From Candidatus Woesebacteria bacterium RIFCSPHIGHO2_01_FULL_39_32 (GTDB taxonomy: Bacteria; Patescibacteriota; Microgenomatia; UBA8517): a stretch of DNA of 64,000 bases. The stretch is from contig MGGJ01000001.1 of assembly GCA_001792345.1 (NCBI GenBank), positions 48,486 to 112,485 on the forward strand. The letters are read 5' to 3'. The notes below the pieces were generated by a model. The model made no database searches and was not told where the DNA came from. It worked only from the letters and a program-made list of their open reading frames with translations. Numbering within the stretch: the first letter of the stretch is position 1; each line of letters starts with the position of its first letter. Both the position numbers and the translations under genes were made by a program. This document shows, piece by piece, positions 39,201 to 48,258 of the stretch.

Positions 39201-40931
39201 CCCGTCGAGGCCGGGAATTATGCGCTTTTATCTTTGTCAGGGAAAATCATTTATTTTTTGGGCGGTCTTTTTATTCAGTTTGTAAATCCTCTTATTAGTA
39301 GACAGGAAGGTCAAGGAAGAGTATCCCGTAGAACTTTTTACCTTTTATTTATCAGTTCTTCGACTGTTAGCTTAATGGGTTATGTGGGAATTGGACTATT
39401 CGGTAAGGTAACGATGCCTCTACTTTTTGGAGATAAAGCTAATGCAATTCTTCCTATTCTGCCGTTATATGGACTTGGTATTGCCGCATATTCTATAGCT
39501 AGCTTTTTTACCATCTACCATCAAGTCAGAAAACACTATATTTTCTCGGTACTTGCAATTCTAGTTTCGGCTGCACAGATATTTTATATCGCTCTATTCC
39601 ATTCTTCTACCGAAATGATTGCTATGGTTACAACATTGACGGGAATAGGATTTCTAATCTACTCAATTATTCTTCACCTGTCATATAAGCAGTTAACTAG
39701 CATCTCGAATAACATTTTGGACTTCTTTGATCTCTTCGGTCCATCAGCTCCTATATCTTCGGATAAAATTAAAATCCTCATTTTCAACTGGAGGGACGTA
39801 AAACATGTTTGGGCCGGAGGGTCAGAAATTTATATTCACGAGATTGCAAAGCGTTGGGTCAGAAAAGGTCATCAGGTAACTCTATTTTGTGGAAATGACG
39901 GTAAAAACAAAAGAGAAGAAAAAGTTGCGGGAGTTAAAGTAATTAGAAGGGGTGGATTTTATACAGTCTATTTATGGGCTTTTTTATACTATATTTTTCG
40001 GTTTAGAAAAAAGTTTGGTGTAGTAATCGATTGTGAGAATGGGATACCCTTTTTCACTCCTTTATATGTGAAGGAACCGCATGTTTTATTAATGCATCAT
40101 GTACACAAAGATATTATTTTGAAGGAAATGAAACTTCCAAAATTGCTTCTTCCGGTCGCTTTTGTGACAAAGAAGCTTGAGGAAGTACTGATGCCAGTAT
40201 TGTATAGAAAGTCAAGGATTATAGCTGTTTCTAAATCTACGAAAGATGACTTAGAAAAAATTGGTTTGGGAACAAAGGAAAAAATATCCGTCGTAAACCC
40301 TGGTGTCGAATTGGAGAAATTCAAAGTTGGGAAGAAAACTGCCTACCCCTCAATCCTTTATTTGGGAAGATTAAAGCAATACAAGTCTATCGACACTATT
40401 ATTAAGGCAATGCCTACGGTTTTAGCCAAACATCCAAGTGCAATTCTACATATTGCAGGTTTTGGCGAAGCGTATAGATACTTAGAAAAGTTGGCACGAA
40501 AACTATTACCCGATAAAAGTTTCATGTTTTGGGGAAAAGTAAGCGATGGAGTTAGGGCAAAACTTATGAGTTCTTCCTGGGTATTTGTTTACCCTTCGAC
40601 AATGGAAGGTTGGGGAATTTCTGTAATTGAAGCAAATGCTTGCGGGACTCCTGTTGTGGCCTCAAATGTTCCGGGATTGCGTGACTCTGTAAAAAATCCA
40701 TCAAGCGGGTTTCTAGTTGCTCCGAAAAATAGCGACGAATTTGCAGAAAAAATAAATCTGATTCTCTCGGATATAAGGTTAAGGACTACTTTATCAAAAG
40801 AAAGTCTTAAATGGGCAACTGGATTCACTTGGGACAAAAGCGCCGAGGAATTTATGAAAGTTTTAATTGATACCATAGCTATTGGAGAGGGTTATTCGTT
40901 GATGCCGAATGCCAGTTTATCAAAACAGTGA
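36225..40931 (+). CDS. 1568-aa multidomain glycan-synthesis protein: GT2 (DPM1-like) - TM - GT2 (processive, QxxRW) - MOP/Wzx-like flippase - GT4
   Basis: aa 1-230: VVIPAHNESDNI, DGD (DxD); aa 340-600: DAEDRPD, TED, QRSRW (nt ~37926) flanked by TM helices; aa ~730-1130: >10 TM helices with AGNYALLSLSGK (Wzx G.Y motif); aa ~1150-1568: GT4 with EGWGISVIEANACGTPVVAS; continuous ORF, no internal stop. Confidence 0.7.
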   Translation: MPKLDVVIPAHNESDNIIELLVRLERALFNAGIKYNIFVVDNRSSDGTDERVKEYINSSNSSSIKLLYKKDKQGKAYAILEGTHYGKAPYIAMIDGDLQYPPEVLPEMFKLVKKFGVVVANRKKNGAGFLRKIGTRLNRYIFEKKLLGLNCDTQSGLKVFKREIIRYLHEADVKPWSIDMPLLVTARRLGYKIATVDIEFAKRKSGLSKVSFLKTGFQIATTAISLKLSEKKPFKVLPKNERSPIGAGVVYKGRRFTTHTNLPFSETALKTLNIRQKLLLGAVVLLLTAGLFINAKGTVIILIALLSALYFLDFIFTTFILLRSLSKNIEIKFSKKSLGQLNDKSLPKYSILCPLYKEANVLPDFVKAINNLDWPKDKLDVILLLEENDKETQKAAENLSDQSHFRVLVVPHSLPKTKPKACNYGLAFAKGEYVVVYDAEDRPDPMQLKKAYIGFKRSASKVVCLQSKLNYYNPDQNFLTKLFTAEYSLWFDLILPGLQSVKTIIPLGGTSNHFKLFVLRDLGGWDAFNVTEDCELGTRLFRKGFTTAIIDSTTYEEANSKVKSWLKQRSRWIKGYLQTYFVHTRHPLSFVVDHGVQAFIFQLVIGMRMIFIMINPILWLVTISYFMFRPTLGLTIESLYPTPIFYMAVFPMIFGNFLYLYNYMIALAKREKWYLIKYVYLVPFYWVMVSFASFIALYQLIVKPHYWEKTEHGFHLAPKKKESKSPGLAISLSIPSLQESFFDSVRNLLKKENFALGAILLIISSGLVNFIDFLYNAYLGRKLEIVEFGNVALLGNFITIAGILTSALMRVTTHKASYFFGKHNAPAKEFWRRIKKWVWFGSLAATFVWVISIPSLGNYFNIGGLMQFVLFTPFWTVGFLAGLNIGFLGGNFKFSVIALISFVEVLTKLLIAVVTVEMGYPSLVYISLPISVVIAFFISYIVISRMQDAKDYKDKESDLTFPRGFFLASLLTNVSIVAFLSIDVVLAKHYLSPVEAGNYALLSLSGKIIYFLGGLFIQFVNPLISRQEGQGRVSRRTFYLLFISSSTVSLMGYVGIGLFGKVTMPLLFGDKANAILPILPLYGLGIAAYSIASFFTIYHQVRKHYIFSVLAILVSAAQIFYIALFHSSTEMIAMVTTLTGIGFLIYSIILHLSYKQLTSISNNILDFFDLFGPSAPISSDKIKILIFNWRDVKHVWAGGSEIYIHEIAKRWVRKGHQVTLFCGNDGKNKREEKVAGVKVIRRGGFYTVYLWAFLYYIFRFRKKFGVVIDCENGIPFFTPLYVKEPHVLLMHHVHKDIILKEMKLPKLLLPVAFVTKKLEEVLMPVLYRKSRIIAVSKSTKDDLEKIGLGTKEKISVVNPGVELEKFKVGKKTAYPSILYLGRLKQYKSIDTIIKAMPTVLAKHPSAILHIAGFGEAYRYLEKLARKLLPDKSFMFWGKVSDGVRAKLMSSSWVFVYPSTMEGWGISVIEANACGTPVVASNVPGLRDSVKNPSSGFLVAPKNSDEFAEKINLILSDIRLRTTLSKESLKWATGFTWDKSAEEFMKVLIDTIAIGEGYSLMPNASLSKQ

Positions 40932-42048
40932 GAGTAAAAATATGAGAATTAAACCAAAGATTGTCATAAGCTCATACGACGATTTGAAAAACCCCTACTA
41001 TGCGGGAGGTGGAGCGCGTGCAATTCACTCGATAGCCAAAAGATTAATTAAAAAATATCGAGTTGTGATTGTAACTTCTAAATATCCAAGATCTAAGGAT
41101 GAAATTATTGACAATGTTAGATACAAAAGAATTGGAGTTTCCTGGGCAGGTCCTAAATTGGGACAATTAGTTTATCATCTCTTTTTGGTAAAAACGGTTC
41201 TTACTGAAGAATTTGATCTGTGGGCTGAAAGTTTTACTCCTCCCTTCTCGACAACTTTCCTGCCGTTATTCACAAAAAAACCTGTTGTTGGTCTTGTCCA
41301 TATGCTTTCTTCGGAGGATATGATAAGAAAGTATAAACTTCCTTTTAGCATTGTAGAAAACTTTGGACTTAGTTTTTATAAATATTTTATTGTTCTAAGT
41401 CGGGTTACTAGAAGAAAGATTTCAGATTCAAATCCAAAGGCACATTTTTTTGTAATACCTAATGGAGTTGATTTACCTAATCAGATTAAAGTTAAAAAAA
41501 GCAAAAGAGTACACATATTATTTATTGGTAGAATTGAGATAAATCAAAAGGGTTTGGATCTTCTGCTTAAATCTTTTAAGTTGATTTCAAGTAAGGTTAA
41601 GAAAAAGTTGGTTATAGCCGGAACTGGAACTACTAAGGAAATTCATGAGTTACGTGAATTGGTAAGTTCTCTTGATTTAACAAAAGATGTTGAGCTGGTT
41701 GGTCGTGTGCAAGGTAGAGAATGGGAAAAAGTATTGAAAGCTGCCTGGGTTGTTGTAATCCCATCTCGTTTTGAAACATTTCCGCTTGTTGCGCTTGAGG
41801 CCTTAGCGTACCAATCTCCGGTTGTATGTTTTGATATCGAAGGTTTAAAATGGTTGCCGAACACAGTTAGTTTAAAGGCAAAAAAGTTTAATACTAATCA
41901 ACTTGCAGAGTCAATTTTGAAGTTGTCTTCAAATTCAGCAGCCAGGAGGCGGTTATTGAAAGATACTTCGGAGTTTATTGCCCAACATTCGTGGAAAAAT
42001 GTTGCGACCAAGTACGACAATGCATTTCGATCAATCCTTTCAAGTTAA
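40909..42048 (+). CDS. Glycosyltransferase family 4 (GT-B)
   Basis: ETFPLVALEALAYQSPVVCFD (E-x7-E region); 379 aa. Confidence 0.65.
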   Translation: MPVYQNSESKNMRIKPKIVISSYDDLKNPYYAGGGARAIHSIAKRLIKKYRVVIVTSKYPRSKDEIIDNVRYKRIGVSWAGPKLGQLVYHLFLVKTVLTEEFDLWAESFTPPFSTTFLPLFTKKPVVGLVHMLSSEDMIRKYKLPFSIVENFGLSFYKYFIVLSRVTRRKISDSNPKAHFFVIPNGVDLPNQIKVKKSKRVHILFIGRIEINQKGLDLLLKSFKLISSKVKKKLVIAGTGTTKEIHELRELVSSLDLTKDVELVGRVQGREWEKVLKAAWVVVIPSRFETFPLVALEALAYQSPVVCFDIEGLKWLPNTVSLKAKKFNTNQLAESILKLSSNSAARRRLLKDTSEFIAQHSWKNVATKYDNAFRSILSS

Positions 42049-42052
42049 TATT

Positions 42053-42844
42053 ATGGAAAGAAAAAACTACAAGTTGTTAGAACAAATCGTCAGGAATAAA
42101 ATTCCTTGCTTATTTATCTCTCCTCATTTTGATGATGCGGCTTTAAGCTGCGGAGGGCTGATTTCGTATCTTTCAGATAAAACAAAGGTCGTAGTTGTTA
42201 ATGTTTTTACCGAGGCAAATGAGCCTCCTTATACACTTTCTACAAAAGTGTTTTTGGGAAGATGTGGTTATAAGAATGCTAAGAAACTGTTCGAGCAAAG
42301 AAAGTTAGAGGACTCACTAAGTTTTAAGAATTTAAAAGTTCAGATAATCAATCTAGGATTTGTCGACGCTTTATGGAGAAAAGATGCTAACGTTGGTTTA
42401 CTAATTAAATTTTTGGGGAGGTTTATCCCCGAAATAATCCATGTTTATAAAACAGGAAGACTGCATGTTTTAAAGGGAAAAGTATCGGAAAAGGACGATC
42501 AAATTATGTTGCAGATCAAGAAAAGAATATCAGACATAGTTAGGGGGGAAAACGCGGTCCTTTTTTTACCGCTTTCGATCGGTAATCATGTAGACCATGT
42601 CATTGTTAAAGATGTTTGTAGCCAATTAAATTTAACTAAAGTTTTCTGGTTAGATTACCCATACAGTCTGAAGTCTAAGGTGACAAATGGTTTTTGGGAT
42701 AAATATAAATTTAATACTCTAAGTTTTAACGAAAATCAGGACGATAGAATGAAACTTATTAAAGGATATAAAACTCAAATTTCCGGTTTATTTCCAGGTG
42801 GAAATATAAAGTTAGTTCCGGAAAAATATTTTTGGAAAGTTTAA
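42053..42844 (+). CDS. PIG-L/LmbE-family N-acetylglucosaminyl deacetylase
   Basis: CLFISPHFDDAALSCGG is the PIG-L signature; ATG at 42053 chosen (the track start at 41978 overlaps the preceding GT4). Confidence 0.65.
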   Translation: MERKNYKLLEQIVRNKIPCLFISPHFDDAALSCGGLISYLSDKTKVVVVNVFTEANEPPYTLSTKVFLGRCGYKNAKKLFEQRKLEDSLSFKNLKVQIINLGFVDALWRKDANVGLLIKFLGRFIPEIIHVYKTGRLHVLKGKVSEKDDQIMLQIKKRISDIVRGENAVLFLPLSIGNHVDHVIVKDVCSQLNLTKVFWLDYPYSLKSKVTNGFWDKYKFNTLSFNENQDDRMKLIKGYKTQISGLFPGGNIKLVPEKYFWKV

Positions 42845-43749
42845 TTAGTATGAATAAATCAAACAAACTATCAGTTATTGTAGCCATTCCGGCTTTTAAC
42901 GAGGAAGCTAACATTGTAAAACTCATTAAGTCGATAAGAATGCAGGATAGGAAATACTATGATTTGAGTGAATTCTGGATCTATTCCGACGGCAGTACCG
43001 ATAATACAGTTAGTTTAGTTCGAAAACATTTTAAAGACGTAAAAGTTTTTGATTTCAAAAAGAATATGGGGAAAAACAAAAGAGTAAACCAGATTTTAAG
43101 ATCATTTAAAGGTGATGTATTAATCCAAGTTGACGCAGATATAAAAATAATCCACAAAAATGTCATTGATAACTTAGTCAAACCCTTTTACGAAAACAGA
43201 AATCCAGGAATAGTATGTGCTTACCACTTAGCAAGTTTTCCTAACTCATTTGTTGAAAAGGTGGCTTACTTTGGTTTTTCCGTTTGGAACAGATCAAGAA
43301 ATTCCTTGGGAGAAAAAGGAATTAGATATTTCTGCGAAGGAGGCTTGCGAGCTTTTTCTAAAGATTTTACTAAAATCTTTAGATTACCTGAGGGAAAAGC
43401 TGCAGGAGAAGATTCGTACAGTTTCTATTTCGCGGCAACAAAAGGGTTTAATGTTGAGATTTCCAAAAATTCAAAAGTATATATCGACCTAGCTGGAAAT
43501 TTTCGGGATTACGTAAGGCAGATGAAACGTTTTCTGATACATCATGGTATGATGTTGGAATATTTTGACGCCAGAGTTATTAGAAAGTATGAGATCCTAA
43601 GTTTCTATCCAAAATTTACAGCACTCGTAGTCGAGCTTATCAAAACTCCCTTAATAGGGATTTTTTATCTTTTGCTCCAAGCTTTTGTTAAAGTTCAAAT
43701 GCCGTTTTATAAACCAAATATAAGTTGGGTGCCTGTAAAACGTAAATAA
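42832..43749 (+). CDS. Glycosyltransferase family 2
   Basis: LSVIVAIPAFNEEANI; DGSTDNT; DAD. Confidence 0.65.
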   Translation: MESLISMNKSNKLSVIVAIPAFNEEANIVKLIKSIRMQDRKYYDLSEFWIYSDGSTDNTVSLVRKHFKDVKVFDFKKNMGKNKRVNQILRSFKGDVLIQVDADIKIIHKNVIDNLVKPFYENRNPGIVCAYHLASFPNSFVEKVAYFGFSVWNRSRNSLGEKGIRYFCEGGLRAFSKDFTKIFRLPEGKAAGEDSYSFYFAATKGFNVEISKNSKVYIDLAGNFRDYVRQMKRFLIHHGMMLEYFDARVIRKYEILSFYPKFTALVVELIKTPLIGIFYLLLQAFVKVQMPFYKPNISWVPVKRK

Positions 43750-43751
43750 AC

Positions 43752-45107
43752 ATGATAAAACCTTTGTCGGTAAAAATTTTAATGTACTTACTTAATCAAG
43801 TATCCAAGGTGAAACTATTGAATAAAATTTCGCCCGAGCAATCGCATGACTTGGTGCTTTGTTATCATGATGTAGGGAATTCAAATTGGGAATTTATAGT
43901 GACAAAAAATAATTTTAAAAAGCAAATTAACTTTTTAGTTAAAAAGTTTAATGTTGTTGGTTTGAGAGAAATATTAAAGTCTAATAACTTGGGTAGAAAA
44001 CCTAGAGTTGCAATAACTTTTGACGATGGTTTATCGGGGGTTTATAAAAATGCGTTTCCGATTTTAGAAAAACTTGGAGTTCCTGCTACCGTATTTTTAA
44101 TTAGAGGAAATCTTGGGACTACTGGTTATATGCATATTACCCAAATAAAAAAACTTATTAAAAGCGGGTGGGAGATAGGTTATCATACTGCCTCTCATAA
44201 AGATCTCACTAAATTGACGGGGAATGCTTTAATAAAAGAAATCGGCGGTAAAAATATTTTAGAGAAAGAACTTGGAGTACAAATATCTTATTTCGCATAT
44301 CCTCACGGTAAATATAAAAATGAGACTGTTTCGATCGTTTCTAAATCTAACTTTTTGTTTGCTTTTACGACTAGTGGCAGGAAGGTTAGCCACCTAAAGA
44401 AATATAAATTTATACTAGGAAGAATAACAATTAGCAACTTTTTTAGTCAAGATAACTTTGAATCTTTGTTTACCACAACAGGTTTTATAATCAATCTAAT
44501 TTTTACTTATTTTTGGAGTTTGAAAGATAATTTCAACGATTTTACTCGTTATAATTTGAGAAATATTAAGAGAGATTTAATCTTAATTTATAAAGCTCCC
44601 ACTGGGTACTTTTTTAGCTTCTTGGAATCGACAACGGAGAAAGTTGGAATAGAAAACTATGATCCGAGATCAACACTAGTTGGAAGGAAAATTGTTCGTG
44701 ATATTAAAAAACATATACCAAATCTTAAGGTACATTTTCATGGATCTTCCGCTTTACAAATTCAAGGACAAAACGACATAGATTTACTGCTTGAAGGCAA
44801 GCTTGAGGAATTCGACAAGTTTTTACCAGAATTAACACAGCTATTTGGCAAACCAATAAAACGGGGAAAGAAATATATTGAATGGCATTTTAGAAGAGAG
44901 AAATATAAAGTTGAATTATTACTTATTGATCCGAAAAGTCGAATGTTCAAGGAGTTAATTACAGTCTATCTAGTTCTCAGATCTGATAAGAAATTATTGA
45001 AAGAATACGAACAGATAAAACTTAATTCGAACGGTTTGTCTCCAAGGGAATATCAAAAAAATAGGCTTGAATTTTATAACAAGTTATTGTCCGTAAAACT
45101 TTCCTAG
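43752..45107 (+). CDS. Fusion: CE4 polysaccharide deacetylase (NodB homology) plus C-terminal GrpB (UPF0157 nucleotidyltransferase-fold) domain
   Basis: VAITFDDGLSG and YHTASH (NodB motifs 1 and 3); C-terminal HFHGSSALQIQGQNDIDLLL matches the GrpB HxGSTAV..IDI pattern. Confidence 0.55.
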   Translation: MIKPLSVKILMYLLNQVSKVKLLNKISPEQSHDLVLCYHDVGNSNWEFIVTKNNFKKQINFLVKKFNVVGLREILKSNNLGRKPRVAITFDDGLSGVYKNAFPILEKLGVPATVFLIRGNLGTTGYMHITQIKKLIKSGWEIGYHTASHKDLTKLTGNALIKEIGGKNILEKELGVQISYFAYPHGKYKNETVSIVSKSNFLFAFTTSGRKVSHLKKYKFILGRITISNFFSQDNFESLFTTTGFIINLIFTYFWSLKDNFNDFTRYNLRNIKRDLILIYKAPTGYFFSFLESTTEKVGIENYDPRSTLVGRKIVRDIKKHIPNLKVHFHGSSALQIQGQNDIDLLLEGKLEEFDKFLPELTQLFGKPIKRGKKYIEWHFRREKYKVELLLIDPKSRMFKELITVYLVLRSDKKLLKEYEQIKLNSNGLSPREYQKNRLEFYNKLLSVKLS

Positions 45108-45115
45108 GTAATAAA

Positions 45116-46645
45116 ATGAAAAATTTTTTATTAATATTAACAGTTTTTATTTCTGCAATATTCCTTGTTGCTGCTATTCGTGGAATATCTGGGAGTCCGT
45201 CGGTGGATGATCTTAATAGTATCACTTGGAAAGAAAACGGTCCTTTTGAGCTTTCACCGGAGCGAGGAAGATTTGCGTTAACATATTCTTTAGTAGAAGA
45301 AAGATCTTTGAATTTCTCGACAGCTCTTGCCCGATTTGTAACACCTGATTTAGGGTATTGGGACGGTAAGTACGTTTCTCTTTTTGCGCCCGCAGTATCA
45401 TTTTTGGTAATTCCTGGTTATTTACTAGGAAAGTTTATTGGTATATCTCAAGTTGGATCTTTTTTCATAATTTCTTTGTTTGCCATTGCTAACTTTATTT
45501 TAATTGTAAAAATATCTGAAACATTAGGTGCAAATAACAGGGCTTCGGTGTTGGCTGGGCTAATTTTTCTTTTTGCAACACCATCCTTTGCTTACGCAAT
45601 AAATCTTTATCAACATCATATTTCTACTTTTCTTATACTTCTTTGTAGCTTTCTTTTAATCAAGAAAGACAAAAGTTGGTTACAACTTCTTATTGTATGG
45701 TTTCTAATTACTTTCTCCTTGGTTGTAGACTATCCTAACTTTTTCTTAATGTTTCCCTTAGGTTTAGCGGCTTTAATTAAAGTCTTAAAATTCAGACAAA
45801 CCACTAAGATCTATAAAATTTCCTTTAAATTTTCTTCTTTATTAAGCCTATCGAGTGCTTTCCTGCCATTAATTCTATTTGGCATATTTAACTTTTACTC
45901 ATACGGGAGCCCGTACAGATTGTCGGGAACTATAGCAAGCGTTTCTTCGATAGATTCAGGGGGAGAACCTATTTTTCCACTAGATATAAAAGAGACATTC
46001 GGTAACGACTTTCAAGGTAAAGGGGAATCAGCCTTGGGTTTTTTTAGGACAAGAAATATTGTGAACGGTCTATATGTACATTTATTAAGTCCGGATAGAG
46101 GAGTCGCTATCTTTTCCCCCGTTATTTTGTTTGGGATACTTGGAATATATTTTCTACATAAAAATAAATTTACTGTTTTATTTCTTAGTATTGTAGTTAT
46201 GAATATAATTCTCTATTCAATGTGGGGTGATCCATGGGGTGGATGGGCTTTTGGCTCTAGATATCTAATTCCAGGTTATGCGATTATGTCGATATTTATT
46301 TCAATTGCTCTTACTAAATTATCTAAGAACAAGACCCTTTTAATTTTTTTCAGTTTACTGCTTACCTACTCTATAGCAGTTAATACTCTGGGGGCGATCA
46401 CAACAAGCACCAACCCTCCGAAAATTCAAGCAATTCCGCTTCAAGATGTTACTGGAAAAATTGAAAGATACTCTTACGACAGAAATTGGGAGTATCTCAA
46501 TACATTTGGCTCTAAATCCTATGTCTTTCGAGAGTATGTTTCTTCCTATATTAATGCAAGGTCATATTATTTTGTATTAACAACACTTATCTCGGGGTTA
46601 TCGTTGGGGATAATACCTTTACTGTATTTGAGTAAAACAAAATAG
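45116..46645 (+). CDS. Polytopic membrane protein, putative glycan polymerase/GT-C-like
   Basis: 509 aa, ≥12 TM helices, glycan-locus context; family not assignable. Confidence 0.3.
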   Translation: MKNFLLILTVFISAIFLVAAIRGISGSPSVDDLNSITWKENGPFELSPERGRFALTYSLVEERSLNFSTALARFVTPDLGYWDGKYVSLFAPAVSFLVIPGYLLGKFIGISQVGSFFIISLFAIANFILIVKISETLGANNRASVLAGLIFLFATPSFAYAINLYQHHISTFLILLCSFLLIKKDKSWLQLLIVWFLITFSLVVDYPNFFLMFPLGLAALIKVLKFRQTTKIYKISFKFSSLLSLSSAFLPLILFGIFNFYSYGSPYRLSGTIASVSSIDSGGEPIFPLDIKETFGNDFQGKGESALGFFRTRNIVNGLYVHLLSPDRGVAIFSPVILFGILGIYFLHKNKFTVLFLSIVVMNIILYSMWGDPWGGWAFGSRYLIPGYAIMSIFISIALTKLSKNKTLLIFFSLLLTYSIAVNTLGAITTSTNPPKIQAIPLQDVTGKIERYSYDRNWEYLNTFGSKSYVFREYVSSYINARSYYFVLTTLISGLSLGIIPLLYLSKTK

Positions 46646-46647
46646 TT

Positions 46648-48252
46648 ATGGAAATTTCATTTTCAAAAAACAAAATAAGTAAACTTGCTTTACAATTAGA
46701 AAAAAAAGCCACCATTTTTATCTTTTGTTTTCTATCGTCCATTTCGATTATCTTCTTTTATGCTTACTATATAAACGGTTTGGGTTTAGCTTATAACGAT
46801 GCAAGATCCCACCTCGATATTGGAAGACGTGTTGTAGAGGGTTTAAAACCGGGCTTAGCTCAATTGGGTTCTGTATGGCTACCATTAAACCATGCTCTGA
46901 TGATTCCCACTATTTGGAATAACTGGATGTGGCATTCAGGCCTTGCCGGTGCGGTACAATCTATGATTTCCTTTGTAATAACAGGAGTAGTTGTATATAA
47001 ATTCTTAGAGAAACTTAATGTAGGTTTACTGGCTAGAGTTTTTGGAGTCTTGGTATTTATATTAAATTTAAACGTTTTATATCTTCAGTCGACTGCAATG
47101 ACTGAGCTACTTCTTTTATCAACAATGACTGCTGGGTGTTATTATTTGGTTCTCTGGGCAAAAAACGATGATCTGCTTTCTTTGATAAAATCTGCCCTTT
47201 TTATCATGCTTTCTACATTGGTACGCTACGATGGTTGGTTTTTACTTTTTGTTACAACGGCAATTGTAGCCTTTAATGTATTCAGAAAAAAAGGATACAA
47301 ACAGATGGAGGGTAAAGTGATTTTGTTTGTAACCCTAGGAGTTTTTGGAGTCGCTCTATGGTTTCTGTGGAATCTATTGATTTTCAACGACCCTTTATAT
47401 TTTGCACTAGGACCTTTTTCTGCCCACGCCCAGCAGTCGCAATTAAGTGAGGCAGGCGATTTACCGACAAAATTCAACTTACTACTATCCTTGAAGATTT
47501 ATGTTTATGCTTTACTTTACAATTCATATACTATTCCAGCCATACTTGGTGTAAGTGGGATGGTTTTATTCCTTTTAGATAAAAAAATTAAAAGGGAGAT
47601 TAGAATAGCCAGTCTTTCCTTGATAGCCCCTTTTGGATTTAATGTTCTTGCACTTTTTCTAGGTTTTTCTGTTCTCTTTGTGCAAGGTATATCAGGGAAT
47701 TCTTTGTTCAACGTTCGCTACGGTGTAATGCTCGCTCCATCAATTGCGATTTTTATCGGATATCTGGTAGATAAAGTAAAAAGCCTTAGAATTCCCCTTA
47801 TCGGATTAGCTTCCTTTATAATATTTTTTGCATTTGTGAATCAAGATGCGGTAACAATTGACGATGCCAGGGTTGGTTCAAGCCAAAAAAACGTTAGTGA
47901 AGTTTCGGGTTGGCTTAGTCAAAATACAAGCGATAAAGATGGTTTCGTTTTGATTTCCGCCGCAAGTCACGACGCTATAATTTTTTCTTCTGGTCTTCCA
48001 ATGAAAAAATTTATTCACGAAGGAACGGGTTTGTATTGGGAGAGCGCAACAACAGCTCCAGACAAGTGGGCTCGCTGGATAGTTTTACGTACATACGACG
48101 ACAATGATTTAACGTTTAGACTTATTAAAGATGCCCCCGGTTTCAAACGATTTGAATTAGTTGATAGCTATCCGTTTGCTGATATTTATCAATTGAAAGA
48201 AGAATACTTAGGCAATTTGAATACAAAACCTGTATTTTCTAATCAAAAGTAA
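46648..48252 (+). CDS. Polytopic membrane protein, putative GT-C (ArnT/PMT superfamily-like) glycosyltransferase
   Basis: 534 aa; first loop DARSHLDIGRRVV resembles the GT-C DExRY-type loop; many TM helices. Confidence 0.35.
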   Translation: MEISFSKNKISKLALQLEKKATIFIFCFLSSISIIFFYAYYINGLGLAYNDARSHLDIGRRVVEGLKPGLAQLGSVWLPLNHALMIPTIWNNWMWHSGLAGAVQSMISFVITGVVVYKFLEKLNVGLLARVFGVLVFILNLNVLYLQSTAMTELLLLSTMTAGCYYLVLWAKNDDLLSLIKSALFIMLSTLVRYDGWFLLFVTTAIVAFNVFRKKGYKQMEGKVILFVTLGVFGVALWFLWNLLIFNDPLYFALGPFSAHAQQSQLSEAGDLPTKFNLLLSLKIYVYALLYNSYTIPAILGVSGMVLFLLDKKIKREIRIASLSLIAPFGFNVLALFLGFSVLFVQGISGNSLFNVRYGVMLAPSIAIFIGYLVDKVKSLRIPLIGLASFIIFFAFVNQDAVTIDDARVGSSQKNVSEVSGWLSQNTSDKDGFVLISAASHDAIIFSSGLPMKKFIHEGTGLYWESATTAPDKWARWIVLRTYDDNDLTFRLIKDAPGFKRFELVDSYPFADIYQLKEEYLGNLNTKPVFSNQK

Positions 48253-48258
48253 TCTACT

